A DNA stretch of 64,000 bases from Lama glama. Taxonomy: Eukaryota. The notes under the pieces were generated by a model that made no database searches, was not told where the DNA came from, and saw only the letters and a program-made list of their open reading frames with translations. Shown piece by piece: positions 26,221 to 39,520 of the stretch (position 1 is its first letter; every line of letters starts with the position of its first letter). The stretch lies in contig CM052817.1 in the NCBI GenBank assembly GCA_028534125.1, positions 51,152,001 to 51,216,000 of the forward strand, read 5' to 3'. The position numbers were made by a program, and so were the translations under genes.

Positions 26221-27498
26221 TATATACATATATATAAGTTATGCATTCTATAAATAATAATTAATGCATTATATTAAAACATATTTTAAGAAAAATATTC
26301 TTGGTTCTTCTAGTGGGTTAGTATGCATGCATATCAAAATATTCTTCACTAGCCAAGGGAAATTGGGACAAAAAAATCTCGCTGAAAATTAAAAGACCAC
26401 AGGTAAATGATCTTATGTACTTGGCACAGATAAAAATAAGTTACACTTACTGTCTTAGCAAGTTTAACATGTGTTAGTAATTGGTCTCCTGTCTTAATAC
26501 TTTTATCCTTAGAACAACCTAATGAGGTGAAATTATTATCACCACTGTTATTTACTGAAAGGATACTGAGAACCAGAACATTTATACAAAGTGTTCAAAA
26601 ATCACACAGCTAGCCAGTAGTAACCCAATCTAATCCTAGATTCCTATGTATATAATTATACTAAACCACAAGACTATAATAAATAATACTGCTATCTATT
26701 GTATGCCATAATAATGAAATACGCATAGTCAGTGGAAATTTCTTTGAAATATTTCCAGTATATGCACGCCTAAGTATCTTTGAGTTTAACGTACTACATT
26801 TGCAGGTATTTCATAAAAGGCTTCTTAAATCATACAGTCCTTGATGAAAATCTTGACTTTTCCCTTTATCTATGATGTTGCATAACTTCAGTTTATTCAA
26901 ATTAAATACATAACTTATAATATTTCGCTTGTATAAAGTGTTCAACACATGTTATCAAAAATTCCTCTCAACCATTCCATGTCTCGTGATTCTGGGTTGA
27001 TGCTATCTCTCAGCTCATCTCTAAAGACTTCATCCTTACAAATTCCCTTCTTTGTATTATCTAGCTTTACTGAACTATTTGAAAACATGAACTCGCTATG
27101 ATTTTTCTTATTTTTGAATTTTTGCATATATAATTTCTCAATTTAATACAGTGCTTCTGTCCTGTCTCTTCTTACTTCTCCTATATCTCGTTTGTAGCAT
27201 ATCTGAATATTTCAACATGTAGACAGTTGCTGACTCCTGTCCAAGATTATGACAAGTTACCTTCATAGCTTCCTACAGAACCCTGCACTTATTACTCATA
27301 TTACTCATCATCTATTCTATAATTGTCTTTTCATCTGTATTTCCTCTTATACTATAAGCTAAGTGAAGACAGAGCAATTACTTAATTTACATGGGATTTC
27401 TTGTGTTAAGCACTATATCTAAATAAATACTTGTTAAATAAGCACTTTTATAAATAAAATACTGATGCATTTAGATCAATACAGTAATGCTCATATTG

Positions 27499-27728
27499 TT
27501 CAAAATTTGTAAATATTGACAGGCATATGCAGAACAGATAAACAAGATTATACTGTAAAGCACAGGGAAATATATACAAGATCTTGTGGTAGCTCACAGC
27601 AAAAGAAAATGTGACAATGAATATATATATGTTCATGTATAACTGAAAAATTGTGCTCTACATTGGAATTTGACACATTGTAAAATGACTATAACTCAAT
27701 AAAAAATGTTTAAAAATGTTTAAAAAAA
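27499..27728 (+). mobile_element. Short 5'-truncated young L1 (3' UTR only)
   Basis: Matches the 3' UTR at 42640-42850. Perfect 14-bp TSD taatgctcatattg at 27485-27498 and 27729-27742. Confidence 0.95.
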
Positions 27729-28317
27729 TAATGCTCATATTGCCTCATAAAATCCAGAAAACTTTGACTAGTTTTAGGCACTAATGTATGTTCAACCATT
27801 AATGGAGACTGGACCCATTGTATTTTTACTTAAGATTCCAGAATTTTAAATTTAAATTCAGCTAGAAAACTTAAACTAGAAAAATAAATCTGTAGTATCT
27901 GTCAATATTCCTAAGGAATTTCATAATCAGTGTTTCTAGAAATGCTGATTGCTAGGCTGAAGATTTTTTAAGTTTAAATTAAATTTGAGAATTTATTTTT
28001 GTTTATAAAAAATTAGTGAATATTTATTTATATCCCATTACTTGAAAAATATTAAATGCGTATATCTAGAGGGCAAATAATGAAAAGGATTGTAAAAGGC
28101 TTTTAAGTAAGAAGGAAAAATACGTTTAAAAGATAACATTCAGAGATGCTTTAAAATTAACATATCTTCTATTTACTGTTCTTGTTTTCAATGATATTTT
28201 GTGTTTACAGGCAAATTCTGGAATTTTTGGATCATCATTGCTTTTCTTAACCTAAAGATATGCATTTAGAGGAGAATGCATACTGATAATGACAAATTGT
28301 TCCAAAGGATCTCTTAG

Positions 28318-28720
28318 TGTATTAGTCAAAGTTCTTCAGAAGACCAGAACCAACAGGATGTATGTATACATAGAGAAAACTTTAAAGATTTGTTTACAGT
28401 TGTGCATGGCTGGCAAATCCCATAGGCTTGGGTAGGCTGGCAGGCTGAAGACTGAAGGATGAGTTGCACTTTAAACTTGAAGGTGGTCTCCTAGCAGAAC
28501 TCCTTCTTCTTACAGGGGGGGTCTGTGTTTTTCTATTAACGCCTTCAGCTGACCAGATGAGAGTCCCTCACATTATGAAGGGTAACTGGCTTCACTCATT
28601 GTCTACTGATTTAAGTGTTAATCTCATTTTTAAAAATCCTTTACAGAAATATCTAGAAAAATGTTTGAACAAAGGGTATAGTAGCTTAGCCAAGTTGATA
28701 CACAAAACTAATCATATAAT
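28318..28720 (-). mobile_element. MLT2 (ERVL) solo LTR
   Basis: tgtattagtcaaagttcttcagaagaccagaaccaacagga ... gccaagttgatacacaaaactaatcat are antisense MLT2 termini; homologous to 41130-41535. Confidence 0.8.
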
Positions 28721-28849
28721 TTCTTAAATCCTCATCTGTATTTTTACTTTTTACGACTTATAGCAAGATCGTCTTTTACACTGCAAGTCTATTTCTCCCC
28801 TTGGAATCTGCCTCGACATAGGTGATTTATAAAACAAAACTGATAGCCA

Positions 28850-30338
28850 TGTAAGTGATACTTTTATTTTATCTTTGCTTATTCCACTCTAAGCCTCTTT
28901 CTTTCTTTATGTAGGTCTGAATTTATGACCTGTATAATTTTCTTTATCTCTGAAAAACTTTTTTAACATTTCTTGGAAGTAAGGTCTACTACAAACAAAT
29001 CTCAATTTTTGTTCCTGTGAGAAAGTATTTCTCCTTCACTTTTGAAGGAAAACATACTGTATACAAAATTCTAGGTTGTTGGGAATTTTCTCTTAGCATT
29101 TTAAGTAGTTCACTCCATTCTCTTGTTACTTACATGGTTTTTGAAGAAAAGTTTTATGTAATTCTTATCCTTTCTCCTCTATAACTAAGGTATCTTTTCC
29201 TCTGCCTCTGCTCAAAAACCTTTTCTTTAATTTTCTGCAGTTTGAATTTGATATGTTTAATTGTACTTGTTTGGCCATTTATCCTGCTTTGTATTTTCTG
29301 GGCTTCCTGGAAATGTGTTTTTGTGTCTAAAAATAATTTAAGAAAATCCTAATTTATTATCATTTCAAATACTTATTATGTTTCTTTCTCTCTTCCTTCT
29401 CTTTCTAGTATTTCCAGTGCACCTATATGACACCTTTGTGGTTGTCCCAGAGTTCTTGCATATTTAGTCCCATCTTTTCTCCAATTTTTTTTTCCTCTTT
29501 ATTTTTCAGTTTTTGAAGTTTCTTCTGACATATCCTCAAGTTCAGAAATTATTTCCTCAGCTGTGGTCATTCTACTAATGAGCCCAATGAGTACCCTTCA
29601 TTTCTGTTACAGTGTTTTTGATTTCTAACATCTCTTTTTGATATTTAGAATTTTCATTTCACTGTTTATATTACCCATCTATTTTTGGAGATTGTCTATT
29701 TTTTCCATTAGAGTCCTTTGCATATTAATCATAGTTTTAAAAAAATTTGGTCTGATATTTTCAGCATTCCTACCATATTTAAGTCTAGTTCTGATGTTTG
29801 CTCTCTTTTCAAACTGTGTTTCGTGCCTTTAGTATGTCTTGTAATGTACTGATGAAAGATAGCCATGATAAATAGGGTAAAAGGAAATGCAGTAAATAGG
29901 CCTTTAGTAATATTGTGTAAGATGTGAGGGACGGAATATATTCTATAGTCCTATGGTTAGCTCCCAGTATTTTAGGGACAGCGTGTGTCCCTAAGATGCG
30001 GCCTTCACCAGTGCTTCTGAGTTTTTCTCTACCCTTAAGTGGAACAGTAAGACTAGACAAAACTGGAGTTGAGTATTTCCATTCCCTTTGGTTAGGCTCT
30101 GGTAAACAGTTTCTCCTAAAGGACAGGCCATGTTAAGAAGAACAGAATGCTCGGAGAAAATTTCAAATGGCTATTTTCCTCCTCGCCCTGCAGAGAAGCA
30201 CGAGGAATTAAAACTCCTGAGCCCTCCAGGAGTTTTAATTCTCAGACTTGTCCACACTGAGCCTCCAACAAGTCATCAATTGCAGTTTTGGTTTTCCTAC
30301 CTCGGCACTGGGTCCTGTGGAGGTTTCTGCTCCTGACT
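28850..30338 (-). mobile_element. Old L1M (L1MC/L1MD-like) 5' UTR/ORF1 region
   Basis: T-rich antisense L1 ORF1 texture (ctccttcacttttgaagga, ttttctgcagtttgaatttgatatg); the antisense of 30240-30338 resembles an L1MC/MD 5' UTR. Confidence 0.75.
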
Positions 30339-30556
30339 TTCTACTACCAAGAGATGTGAAGGATGACTAAAGTCATATGTAAGTATTTATTTTAATTTCA
30401 GCTGCTGCATGTTCACTGCTGGTGTAATAATGACAATTATAAATTTGTCTGCTCAGTTACCATTTACTGTAACTGAATTCCAAGGACTGTCTCAAGGATG
30501 ATGACAAAGATATTATTGTTTCTAACTGACCACTGACTGTTTAACAGTAGGAGCAA

Positions 30557-30750
30557 GACTTCTAATTTGTGGTCCAGCATGTAAGAAGCTTGGGGGTTGT
30601 CACTCCAACCTAACAACAAGTAAAAGACTGAACAAACTGAAGATCAACAACTTTTGAAGGATCTGCTAGAAATGTGAGGTCACAGGGAAAACTGTAGCCC
30701 CCAGTTTTAGAGTAGAGAGAGACAGAAGCAAAGATATAGAGCTTAGCTTT
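30557..30750 (+). mobile_element. Extreme 5' end of an L1MC/L1MD-like element
   Basis: gacttct...catgtaagaagcttggg...gtcactcc...aacaacaagtaaaagactgaacaaactgaagatcaacaac resembles the start of the L1MC/MD 5' end (from recall). Confidence 0.65.
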
Positions 30751-33158
30751 TTTAAAACTGAAAAAAAATTATGAAAAGCAAAAATGTACTATCGACACTC
30801 AGAGTAAATGAGTGGCCCATACTATAAACTGTCTGGCAGAAAGGAAGATAGGAGAGGACACAAAGTTTGAATGGACCAATAATAATTACAGATGTTCCAG
30901 ACAATGAAAAGAACAAGTCAAATATCTCCAAGGTGATGATCCAGGAAGGAAGAGATGAACAAAAGACCCCATGTTAAGTTTCCATCCCCTATAGAAGATA
31001 GTGTTCTAAGTAATGATACCCCACTAGTGTCATTACCCTCCCCTGACACACTGTCAGACACTAGGGCTCAATGACTCAGCAAGGAATCAGAAAAAGATCT
31101 CACCAATTTGAAACACAATTTCCAGAGACATCACACACATACCTGACTATGAAATCAAATTTTTGCCTTGTCATTTATACAGTAATCTGTATTGCTTTCA
31201 GGACCTACTGATATAATTTGGCAACATTAAAATATATTTACATGTTTTACAAAAGTAGTGCACACTTTGCCAAATCTAACTTGTATGTTATGAATAGAGA
31301 GTATACTAAAAATTTAACTTCAAAATTTAGCCTTCTGTGTAACAAGGCACAGATTTCTAACCTAGATAATTCACATGATGCAGGAAGGTTATTAATTAAA
31401 TGGTATCCATGGCAATCAGGAAAGTATACTTCCATATAAATCCAGAAGAGTAAGTTACATGCATCTGGGCAGATAGTCATTATAACTGTAAAGTTACTCT
31501 GAATTCGACAAAACTGTTTGAATTTCACCTTGTTTGCAGATTCCACTATTAATATAGTTCTGCTGCTCTCAGTATGAAAGTTAGAGGTGGCTGGCAAATG
31601 GATAAACACTGCTATGGATAGAAGGACAAAACAAATATGTAGAATAACTGAATCCACACAAATTTACAATGATTGGAAAGAGAAGGAGAAAGAGAAACAG
31701 AACAGAAATGTATTAAGAACAAAAATGACTAGTCCATGCTGTTCTATCCCCATAGTCCAACCATGAAAATTAAGTCCAATTTAAATACATTTTATTATAT
31801 ATTTTAAATGTATAACTACAATTTAAATATATAAGCAAACTTATATTTACCTAAATAAGCTATGTTGCCAAAATCTTAATGTTCATAAATTTTAGGGCTT
31901 TAGGCCACTCTTCCTAGCTTAATACACTAATTCCCAGTAAATTCTTTGAAATAAATAAATGATACAATTTACACTCAAGGATCAAGACTTCCATCTTTGT
32001 GGCCCACAAACTTTCATCTATAATCGGTACTGGTGAAAAATTTGTATTGTGATTCCATCCTGTTGGTCACTAATGACAGCCACCCCTGCTGAAAGAGGCA
32101 GTAAATAAAAGCATTTGTGAAGAAGAGGGGTTGATAAATGATGAATTTACAGTTATTGACTTGATTTTCCTTTCACCTGCAATAAGTAATAGGAAAAGTA
32201 ACAGACAGCACGAACACCTTTCAGAGTTAGTGTTTCAATCCTATGCCCTGCTGCTTACTGTTATACAAACAAAAATGTAGGAAAAACGTAAATAAAGAGG
32301 TTTATTACATATCTTACGTGCTGCAAAAACAACCAAAAACATTTCAACTCACTGATTGACCTAGCAAAATATCAGTAACTTAACTCATATCCATATTAAG
32401 AGTTTCTTAAATCAGCATACTACCAAGCACCTCTCTGGAAAATTGAAATACTCATTTTCTAATATGTGTGCTTAATTAATTATGACTTGGTTACAGTACA
32501 GAGGAGAAGAATCAAAACATCATATCTAAAACCTTCTCGAATGTAACAGAGCATATCTTGGTAAAAGAAAAAATAATCAACTTGAGCCTATTTTTAGTGA
32601 CGTCGTTTTTCATCTTCATGTTCCTCATTAGTTATGGCACACTTCTATCTCCTTTCACTTTTCTATTCTTGGTAAATTTTCCATGCAACACATTTCACTG
32701 CTTTACATACCCAGAGCCTATGTGAATGTCACATTTTCTTACTTGATTTTGAGAAATTAGAACATTTATTTTCATCCTGGAGGTGGACTCACAATTGTTA
32801 AAACATATACTATTGGCTGAAAACAAATCACACTAAGTCATATTTTAATTAAGAAAAAGAATCATATTATTACTTACAGGTTTCTTCTCAAAAAATCATA
32901 GCTTTCAGAGTTAAAAGCTTTCTCTGTAATCTTCAACCAACTATTTGAATCTGTTCTAGATAAGGGAGCTTTCAGGTGCTGAGCATAGAGTAGGATACAC
33001 AGGTTATCAATGAATATTAATTGACTGAATGGAATAAATAAATAGATACCCAAATCAATCCTTGAATAGATAGAATAGAATAAATTGAATAGAATGATAA
33101 TCATGGACAGGATGATGAGTTGCCCATTTTAATATACTTGCTAGGACTATTCTGGTAA

Positions 33159-33240
33159 TAGTAATTATAAGATTATAGCAATATTTAACAATAGATTAAT
33201 AGTAATTACAAGATTATAGCAATATTTAACAATAGATTAA
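33159..33240. repeat. 41-bp tandem duplication (1 mismatch)
   Basis: tagtaatta(t/c)aagattatagcaatatttaacaatagattaa at 33159-33199 and 33200-33240. Confidence 0.95.
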
Positions 33241-33839
33241 AAAATATAGTAACCACATTTTTGTGAAGCAAATGTTTTAAAAAATTCATCACGTTCTTTT
33301 TCATTGTTTCTCAAGCCATTTATTCAATAACAAAAAGGACAACAGAAATCATATTTCTGGCCACTCAGATGTGTTATCTCCTAGATCACCACACTTTCCT
33401 CAGGTTTAACCTGGCATTATGAATTATCCTTCAAATGAATGGAAGATTTTGTAAGCCAAAACTGATGATTTTTCTAAATATTAACCTCAGTGCCTGGTTC
33501 TATGCAGAATATCTTAATAAAATAGTATTTATTGACTTTTTCAGTAAGTATGGAAGGCGACATTTTCCATGTTCTTAACAAGTAATGAGCATAATTCCAA
33601 AGACGACGAAACCACACATGAAAACAGGGTGGGTGGTGTGTGAGTACATAAGCAGATCCCCTGGAACCAAACCTCCTTAATGGAGAGAGGATAATCCTCA
33701 AGTCTGGATGTTATCTACATACAGTATCAAAGTCTGTAAATAATATTGGATTTTTCCCTCAAGGGAAAAAAAAAAAGCCTTTGATTTGTTGACTAGGTGT
33801 TGAAAACAGTAGAATTCTATTAGAATATGAACTGACTGC

Positions 33840-34165
33840 TGTATTTTGGAGAGTAAATGCAACCTGGAACAAAAGGTACAATCCTGAGTTTATTATTACC
33901 TGACAAATGGAGATTCATTTGACAGATTCTAATCAGGACGGCTATCTCCTCCTGGCACTACTGCTGAGGCTGGAGGATGACATTTTATTAAATTCAGATG
34001 CTGGTGAATTGTCAGCACTTATTTGGCTTGTATGTTCTGCAGCTTTCAGCATTATTGATCATGAAATTTTAATATAATGCTTGGAAACGTATGCCTGCAT
34101 TTCAAGAGCAGCCTCAGATTGATTTAGGCCTTAGCTGCCCTCAGGAGTGCAGTCAACACTGTTTT
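33840..34165 (+). mobile_element. Ancient L2/CR1-clade LINE reverse-transcriptase fossil
   Basis: A single frame from 33952 reads LALLLRLEDDILLNSDAGELSALIWLVCSAAFSIIDHEILI*CLETYACISRAASD*FRP*LPSGVQ, matching the L2/CR1 RT block ALL.V.DDIL...D.G..S.L.LLDLSAAFD.IDH.IL..RLE...GI.G.AL.WF.SYL...Q. Confidence 0.85.
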
Positions 34166-35763
34166 GTGCATACTTCTTCTTTCCTTTTCTCTTCTTTTTC
34201 TCTTTCTTCTGATCTTCCTTCACCTAATTCCTCCTCTTTTTTTTTTTCCTACTAGAAACAAAGTACCCTGCTGATTGAAAGAAAGATCTCAAATCTGATT
34301 TGTTTTAATTTCCGATATCCAAACTACTCTTGATACTCATATTTGAAAAGGTTTATGTAACTGACCCACATAAAGTAACTCATTAGCATTTACTTATATT
34401 TAAACATTCAGACACTATGCTACCATTTCTGAGTTTTATGTAACTTTGTAACATAATCAAATTTCTTAAAATTCAACTCACAAATAAGAATAAAATTTTA
34501 TTAACTGATTTAAGTGACTTTATAATTTAATCATTTCATCTTACATTTGACAGAAACGGCAAATTTTAATTTTGTGATTTTAGGATTCATGTAGACACGT
34601 AGAGTCCTTTTTGCATTATATTTTTTACTTTAGAGCTATGAAGTCACTTTTTTTTTCCCCTGTCCTCTTCTCCACATTGCTGCTGGCAGAGGACCATTGC
34701 CTGTCTTTACTTGTGTTGGTCTTATAATAAGATTGAAAGTCTGTTCAGTACGTTGATTTTTTTTCTCCCAACAACTTGATTAGTGCAATTCCCTGTTAGC
34801 TGGCCACTTTTCAACTACTATATCAAATTGCAATATGTACAAAGCCAAGCTATTAGACTGGTGGTCTGCAACCGCATATTGGGGTCAAGCAGAATCAGTT
34901 TAATTTCTTTCCTCTAGTCTCTTAGAGAAGTGGTTTAACATGGACTATAATCTTTTTTTAATAAAAATTTTCATATCTTTCTAGTAGAACATTTTCAAGA
35001 CCATGTCACAGTGGCAGTGAAGTAACTTGAAAAAATCAAAAACACACAAAATCTGCCCTGTCTACAAGTTAACCACATTGGTTCTAGTGACTAAATTCAA
35101 CTTTAATAAGTATGGAGAAAGTTGTTTAAGAGTTGCTCTGTGAATGTACCACATAAGAGGAATTGCTCCAGTGAGTGGCATGTGTCAGAAGCACTGGTGT
35201 GTCTGAAAAATTACACTTCATTTTATCCAATGATTGAATAAATGAATGAAAGGAAGAAATTATAAGTAACATGTCTGTTCTAAAAGAAATTTAGGGTCTG
35301 AGTTTTGACATATTGGCAACAGAGTAAAAGGAAAATAACCTATGTGTATGTGTATACATATGTGTGTGTGTGTATATATATTTATATATATCTCACAGAC
35401 ATATAACATAATTGAGAGAATGACATTTTTGAGATAAAATGATTATTGAATGTCTATATAAAATTAACAATAAAATGAGGAAAAACATTTTAAAGTATTT
35501 TTTGTCAAATATTCAAAGTTGTCAATATTTCTACCCTATACAGAAACTTATTTTAATTTTGAAGAAAAATGTAAATGTACCACTAGATAACCAGGAAAAT
35601 AATAAATTCAGGTAGTCTTGTGAGTCGTAAGAAAAATATCTCTCTTAATGAGCAAAATATACAAAGTCTGAAGCTTTAAGAAACGTTTTTAGCTAGATTG
35701 TGAATATATTTAAAATATACAAAAGCCAATATTTACTAGGTGGTAGCAAAATGCATACACTCA

Positions 35764-36830
35764 TAAAGACCCACTATTCCTAGTCTGTAATTCTAAAATC
35801 CAGAAAGGCCTAGAAATCAAAGATTTTTCTTTGTTTGGATTTATTTATTTTTTAATTTTGACAGCCAAATTGATTTAAATAAACTCCTGAGAGTAAAATC
35901 TGACTTCAACTGAATGTATCTGAGACAGGAAGAGGGCAGGGCACAGCCATTCAAGGAATAACACAATAATTAACATTAGGATGGCTAAAGATTCAACCCC
36001 CTACGTGCCTTGAGGCTCAAGATTTGGGAGATTTGACTTCTAGCAGAACTTGAGCTTTATTATACACCCATTAGAATATAATAGCATGGTAAATAACACG
36101 CCCACAGGCACCATGGCAGTCCCAAGGCTAGCCACAATGGGTCAAAGAGTGGGAAGAGGCCAACTTCCTGGGAATCCCAGCCCCTTCCCCAGGCTATTTA
36201 GACTGGTCCTTCCACTTATTATTATATGAAGCCACTGAGCCCATAAAAACTGGCAACATGGCACCTTGTGGCTGCCGCCCCCTCTCTCTCTCCACCTTCA
36301 GAGATGGCCCACATTCTGTCTATGGAGTATGTACCTACTTTTACTCTAATCTGAGCACCAAACCCCCACACCTCCTGGCCTTTTTCTTGCCTTTCGAGTA
36401 TCTCTCTAAATAAATTTACCTTTACTCAACTATGGCTCACTCTTGAATTCTTTCCTGTGCAAAGCCAAGGACCCACACTTAGTGGGGCAGATACCAGGGG
36501 CTCAACCGAAGCCTGGAACACAGCCCTTCTCATGCCCCACATCTGTTTTTCCTGCATCATATCTGTTTACTAGTATTTACTTATTCCTCTTTGGTATGAG
36601 GTTATTTATGAGTATTTATTTACTCCATTTAGTAGGATTATTCCTATGTGTTCATCCAAAAACATTAACCTATTTCATTACTTACTGCTATCCCCAAATC
36701 GACTAGATTGTTAGATAATATGTAGTATTTGTATCATTTTACTTTTCTGAGCAGACACCTGTCTAAACAGTTCTGAATTCTGAAACACTTCTGGTTCTTT
36801 GGGTTTCATATAAAGGATTATGGACCTGTA
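35764..36830. mobile_element. TcMar-Tigger-like non-autonomous DNA transposon remnant, split by an LTR
   Basis: Degenerate terminal inverted repeats (taaagacccactattcc vs reverse complement of ggattatggacctgta) bounded by TA; ttctgaattctgaaacacttctgg subterminal motif. Confidence 0.55.
35921..36559 (+). mobile_element. ERV1-type solo LTR, 639 bp
   Basis: TG...CA termini with imperfect inverted ends (tgagacaggaag / tgatgcaggaaa); 4-bp TSD tatc at 35917-35920 and 36560-36563; TATA-like cataaaaa at ~36242; AATAAA at 36409-36414. Confidence 0.92.
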
Positions 36831-36864
36831 GAGTGTTAGGTACTATGTACAGTGGTACTTTAAC

Positions 36865-37000
36865 AAATTCATTCATTCATTCATTCATTCAACAAATATA
36901 TATTTTGCATCTACATATTCCAAGGAATGATCTAGGCACTGGAAAAACAAATAGCCCTCAGGTAACTCACATGGTGAAGGAAAAAAGATATAGGAACAAA
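36865..37000 (-). mobile_element. L2 3' end with (TTCA)n tail
   Basis: ttcattcattcattcattcattcaacaaatatat...ctaggcactggaaa is the antisense L2 terminus. Confidence 0.7.
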
Positions 37001-38679
37001 AAACACATGTAACTATGTTAAGTAGTTACTAGAGAGAGGGATAAAATGGGAAGGTCAGGAAAGCCCATAACATTGCCTGTGGCACAGGGGTGATGCACTA
37101 ATTGATTTAGTCAGACTAAACATTAAGTGTTGAGGCTCAGATAAGGGTAATCCAACAAAACTTGATCTAGGATCTCCCAAGTAAATGAATCAGGTTGGAA
37201 CATAGGGAGCAAGAAAGCAAAATGACAAGGCATAAGCAAAGGGCAGAAGTGGATAATTTATTCAGAAGATTCAAGGAAGCTCATGCAGGATTTCTTGCAA
37301 GATGACACAACCATGACTGCTCCAGTAATATTGGATTTTTTTTCACTAAATAACTGATTGGAAGGGGATATACCCAGTAAGTGCTAGGGATACTGTTTGG
37401 TAGACTGTTGTAGTAATACACACAATAGACAAAGGCCTTATCTAAGATGGTGTTCTATGAAATTGTCCTCCCTTAAAGACTTTTCAAATTCATGTACCCC
37501 TTATAGGTGTTTAAAATGATGTTAACTTTTGATAACAAGTTTAAATAGATGCAGCTGGTGTTGATTGTCTATATCTACAACTCTGTATGATACATACCTA
37601 TGATAACAGAGAAAGAGAAAGCCCAAAGTGATTAAGCTGGTAATTTAAAAAAATAAATAGTTTTAAAAAAGAGCATATAAAATAAAAACTGTATCTTTGT
37701 GATTTTTTTCTATATTCCATTCTTTTTCAGTTTGTGACTAGGATCAGCCACAATGGCATAAAATCGCTCCCTCAGCGTTGCCAAGAAAGGTTTGAGGCTG
37801 CTAAATGTAAGCTCTAAGAGGGTCTTACCTGTTTGTTCAAATAAAACTCCTAGATTGTTTCCTTTTACATAATATGTATTTAAATATATTTGTAGAATGC
37901 ATGCATGAATAAGTGAATGCATACTAAAAATAAAAAACAGAGGAAGGGAGAATTGTTTTGTTTATATTGTGTTTCCAACTGTTTTTCTAGATTTTAATTT
38001 AAAGCCAAGAAATAAATAACTATGTATTTGTTCTTCTCCCACTCTACTACTAAAGTGGAAAATGTATCATTAATATTATACACTTAAAGCCCTGTTACTG
38101 AATTATTTCTTCCAGGCTGATGTATGTACATGATTTGTTTAGCTTAAAAGTCACTATGAGATCTATCAAGTTACTCTTTCTATGATTCTATTTCTGATTC
38201 TGGTGAAACATGAAACAACTTAAATCTAACATGCTGGGCCATCATTTATTTAATGTGGCTTTGAGTGAAACTCTGAGAACATATTCCTCCTTTCAATCAA
38301 GTCAGGGTCACTGTGCATGGAAAAGAGTCATCTCTACACATCAAGAAACAGAAAACACAACCTCACCCTCCATCTTTTTTCCTATACCACTCTTCCTTTA
38401 TATAAAAGCTAATTTTAAAGTATTTATTAGTAAAATAATAGCTATTATGAAAAAGTGCCATGTGTCAGACATAGTACATAAATTATTTCATGTATTTCTT
38501 TAAAAAATCAATAAGATAAATGTTAAAGTTGTCATCTCATAGGCCAGGAAATGAAGTATAGTGAGTGAAATAATTAATTTTAGAGCTAAAATTTCATAAA
38601 TTGCAGAGCTAAAATTTCAGGACTCATTCACTTGAAAGTCATTCTTGTGCCACTGAAGAATGATATGACTTATTAAGAT

Positions 38680-38905
38680 ACCCAAATCAGAATTGCTCCC
38701 ACTCCTGGCAACATCCAATACAAAGCAAAGCCTTGCTTCCTTAAATCCTCCCCCAAATCTTGGTAATACAAGCCCAACTCCTACAAGTTATTTTGAATGC
38801 CCTCTTACTGAGATTCCCCATGATGTTCCTTCTCTCCCTCTGCAATGAGTAATAAGCCCAACTTGTTCAACTACAAGTATGTTCTTGGTGGTCTTTGGTC
38901 ATTGA
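38680..38905 (+). mobile_element. Old ERV1 LTR fragment (MER34/MER39-like)
   Basis: cttccttaaatcctcccccaaatc...ttactgagattcccca...tgcaatgagtaataagcccaacttgttcaactaca. Confidence 0.55.
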
Positions 38906-39167
38906 CATCTGTAAAAATTCAACCCAATACATTTTTTTATGATCCATCTGATAGTAAATAACTGGTTTTACAGTTTCAGTTGGCTCGGATTTGACTTCCA
39001 ATAATTTGTTTGGTTTTATGAATGTTCAGTTTCTTTGACCCTAAATAGTAAGTATTTTCTTTTCCTCCTTTTCCTCTTTCTCCTCCTCCTCTTCTTATCC
39101 TCTTCCTACTTTTTTTTTCTGAAAAAGCAATAAAGTTGCATGTTTGCTATAAATAGTTTCTCTCTCC

Positions 39168-39520
39168 CTCAGCTATACTGAGGTATAATTGGTGTACAAA
39201 AATACTGCACAAAATCAATGCATACAATTTGGTAAGAATGGATATATGCATACACCCATGATACCATCATCACAAACAACATAATAAACAAATATATCAA
39301 CTTTAAAACCTTGTGTCTCTGAGAACTTTCTTTTTTTCTGCAGGTGGTGGAATTTGGGGTGTTTATGTGCATGGCAAGAACATTTAACATGAAATTTGAC
39401 TTCTTAAATTTTTAAGTACCCAATACCTCATTGTTAACTATGTGCACTATGTTGTGAAGGTGATCTCTGGAACTTACTCATCTTGTATAATTGTAACTTT
39501 ATACCCATTGAACAATAATT
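39168..39520 (-). mobile_element. L1MA-type 3' end, antisense
   Basis: cagctatactgaggtataattgg...ttgttaactatgtgcactatgttgtg...tctctggaacttactcatcttgtataa...tttatacccattgaacaa. Confidence 0.8.

Noticed and set aside
31247..31657. 136-aa minus-strand ORF with a hydrophobic N-terminus
   Set aside because: Starts at GTG, matches no protein I recognise, and has a length attainable by chance.
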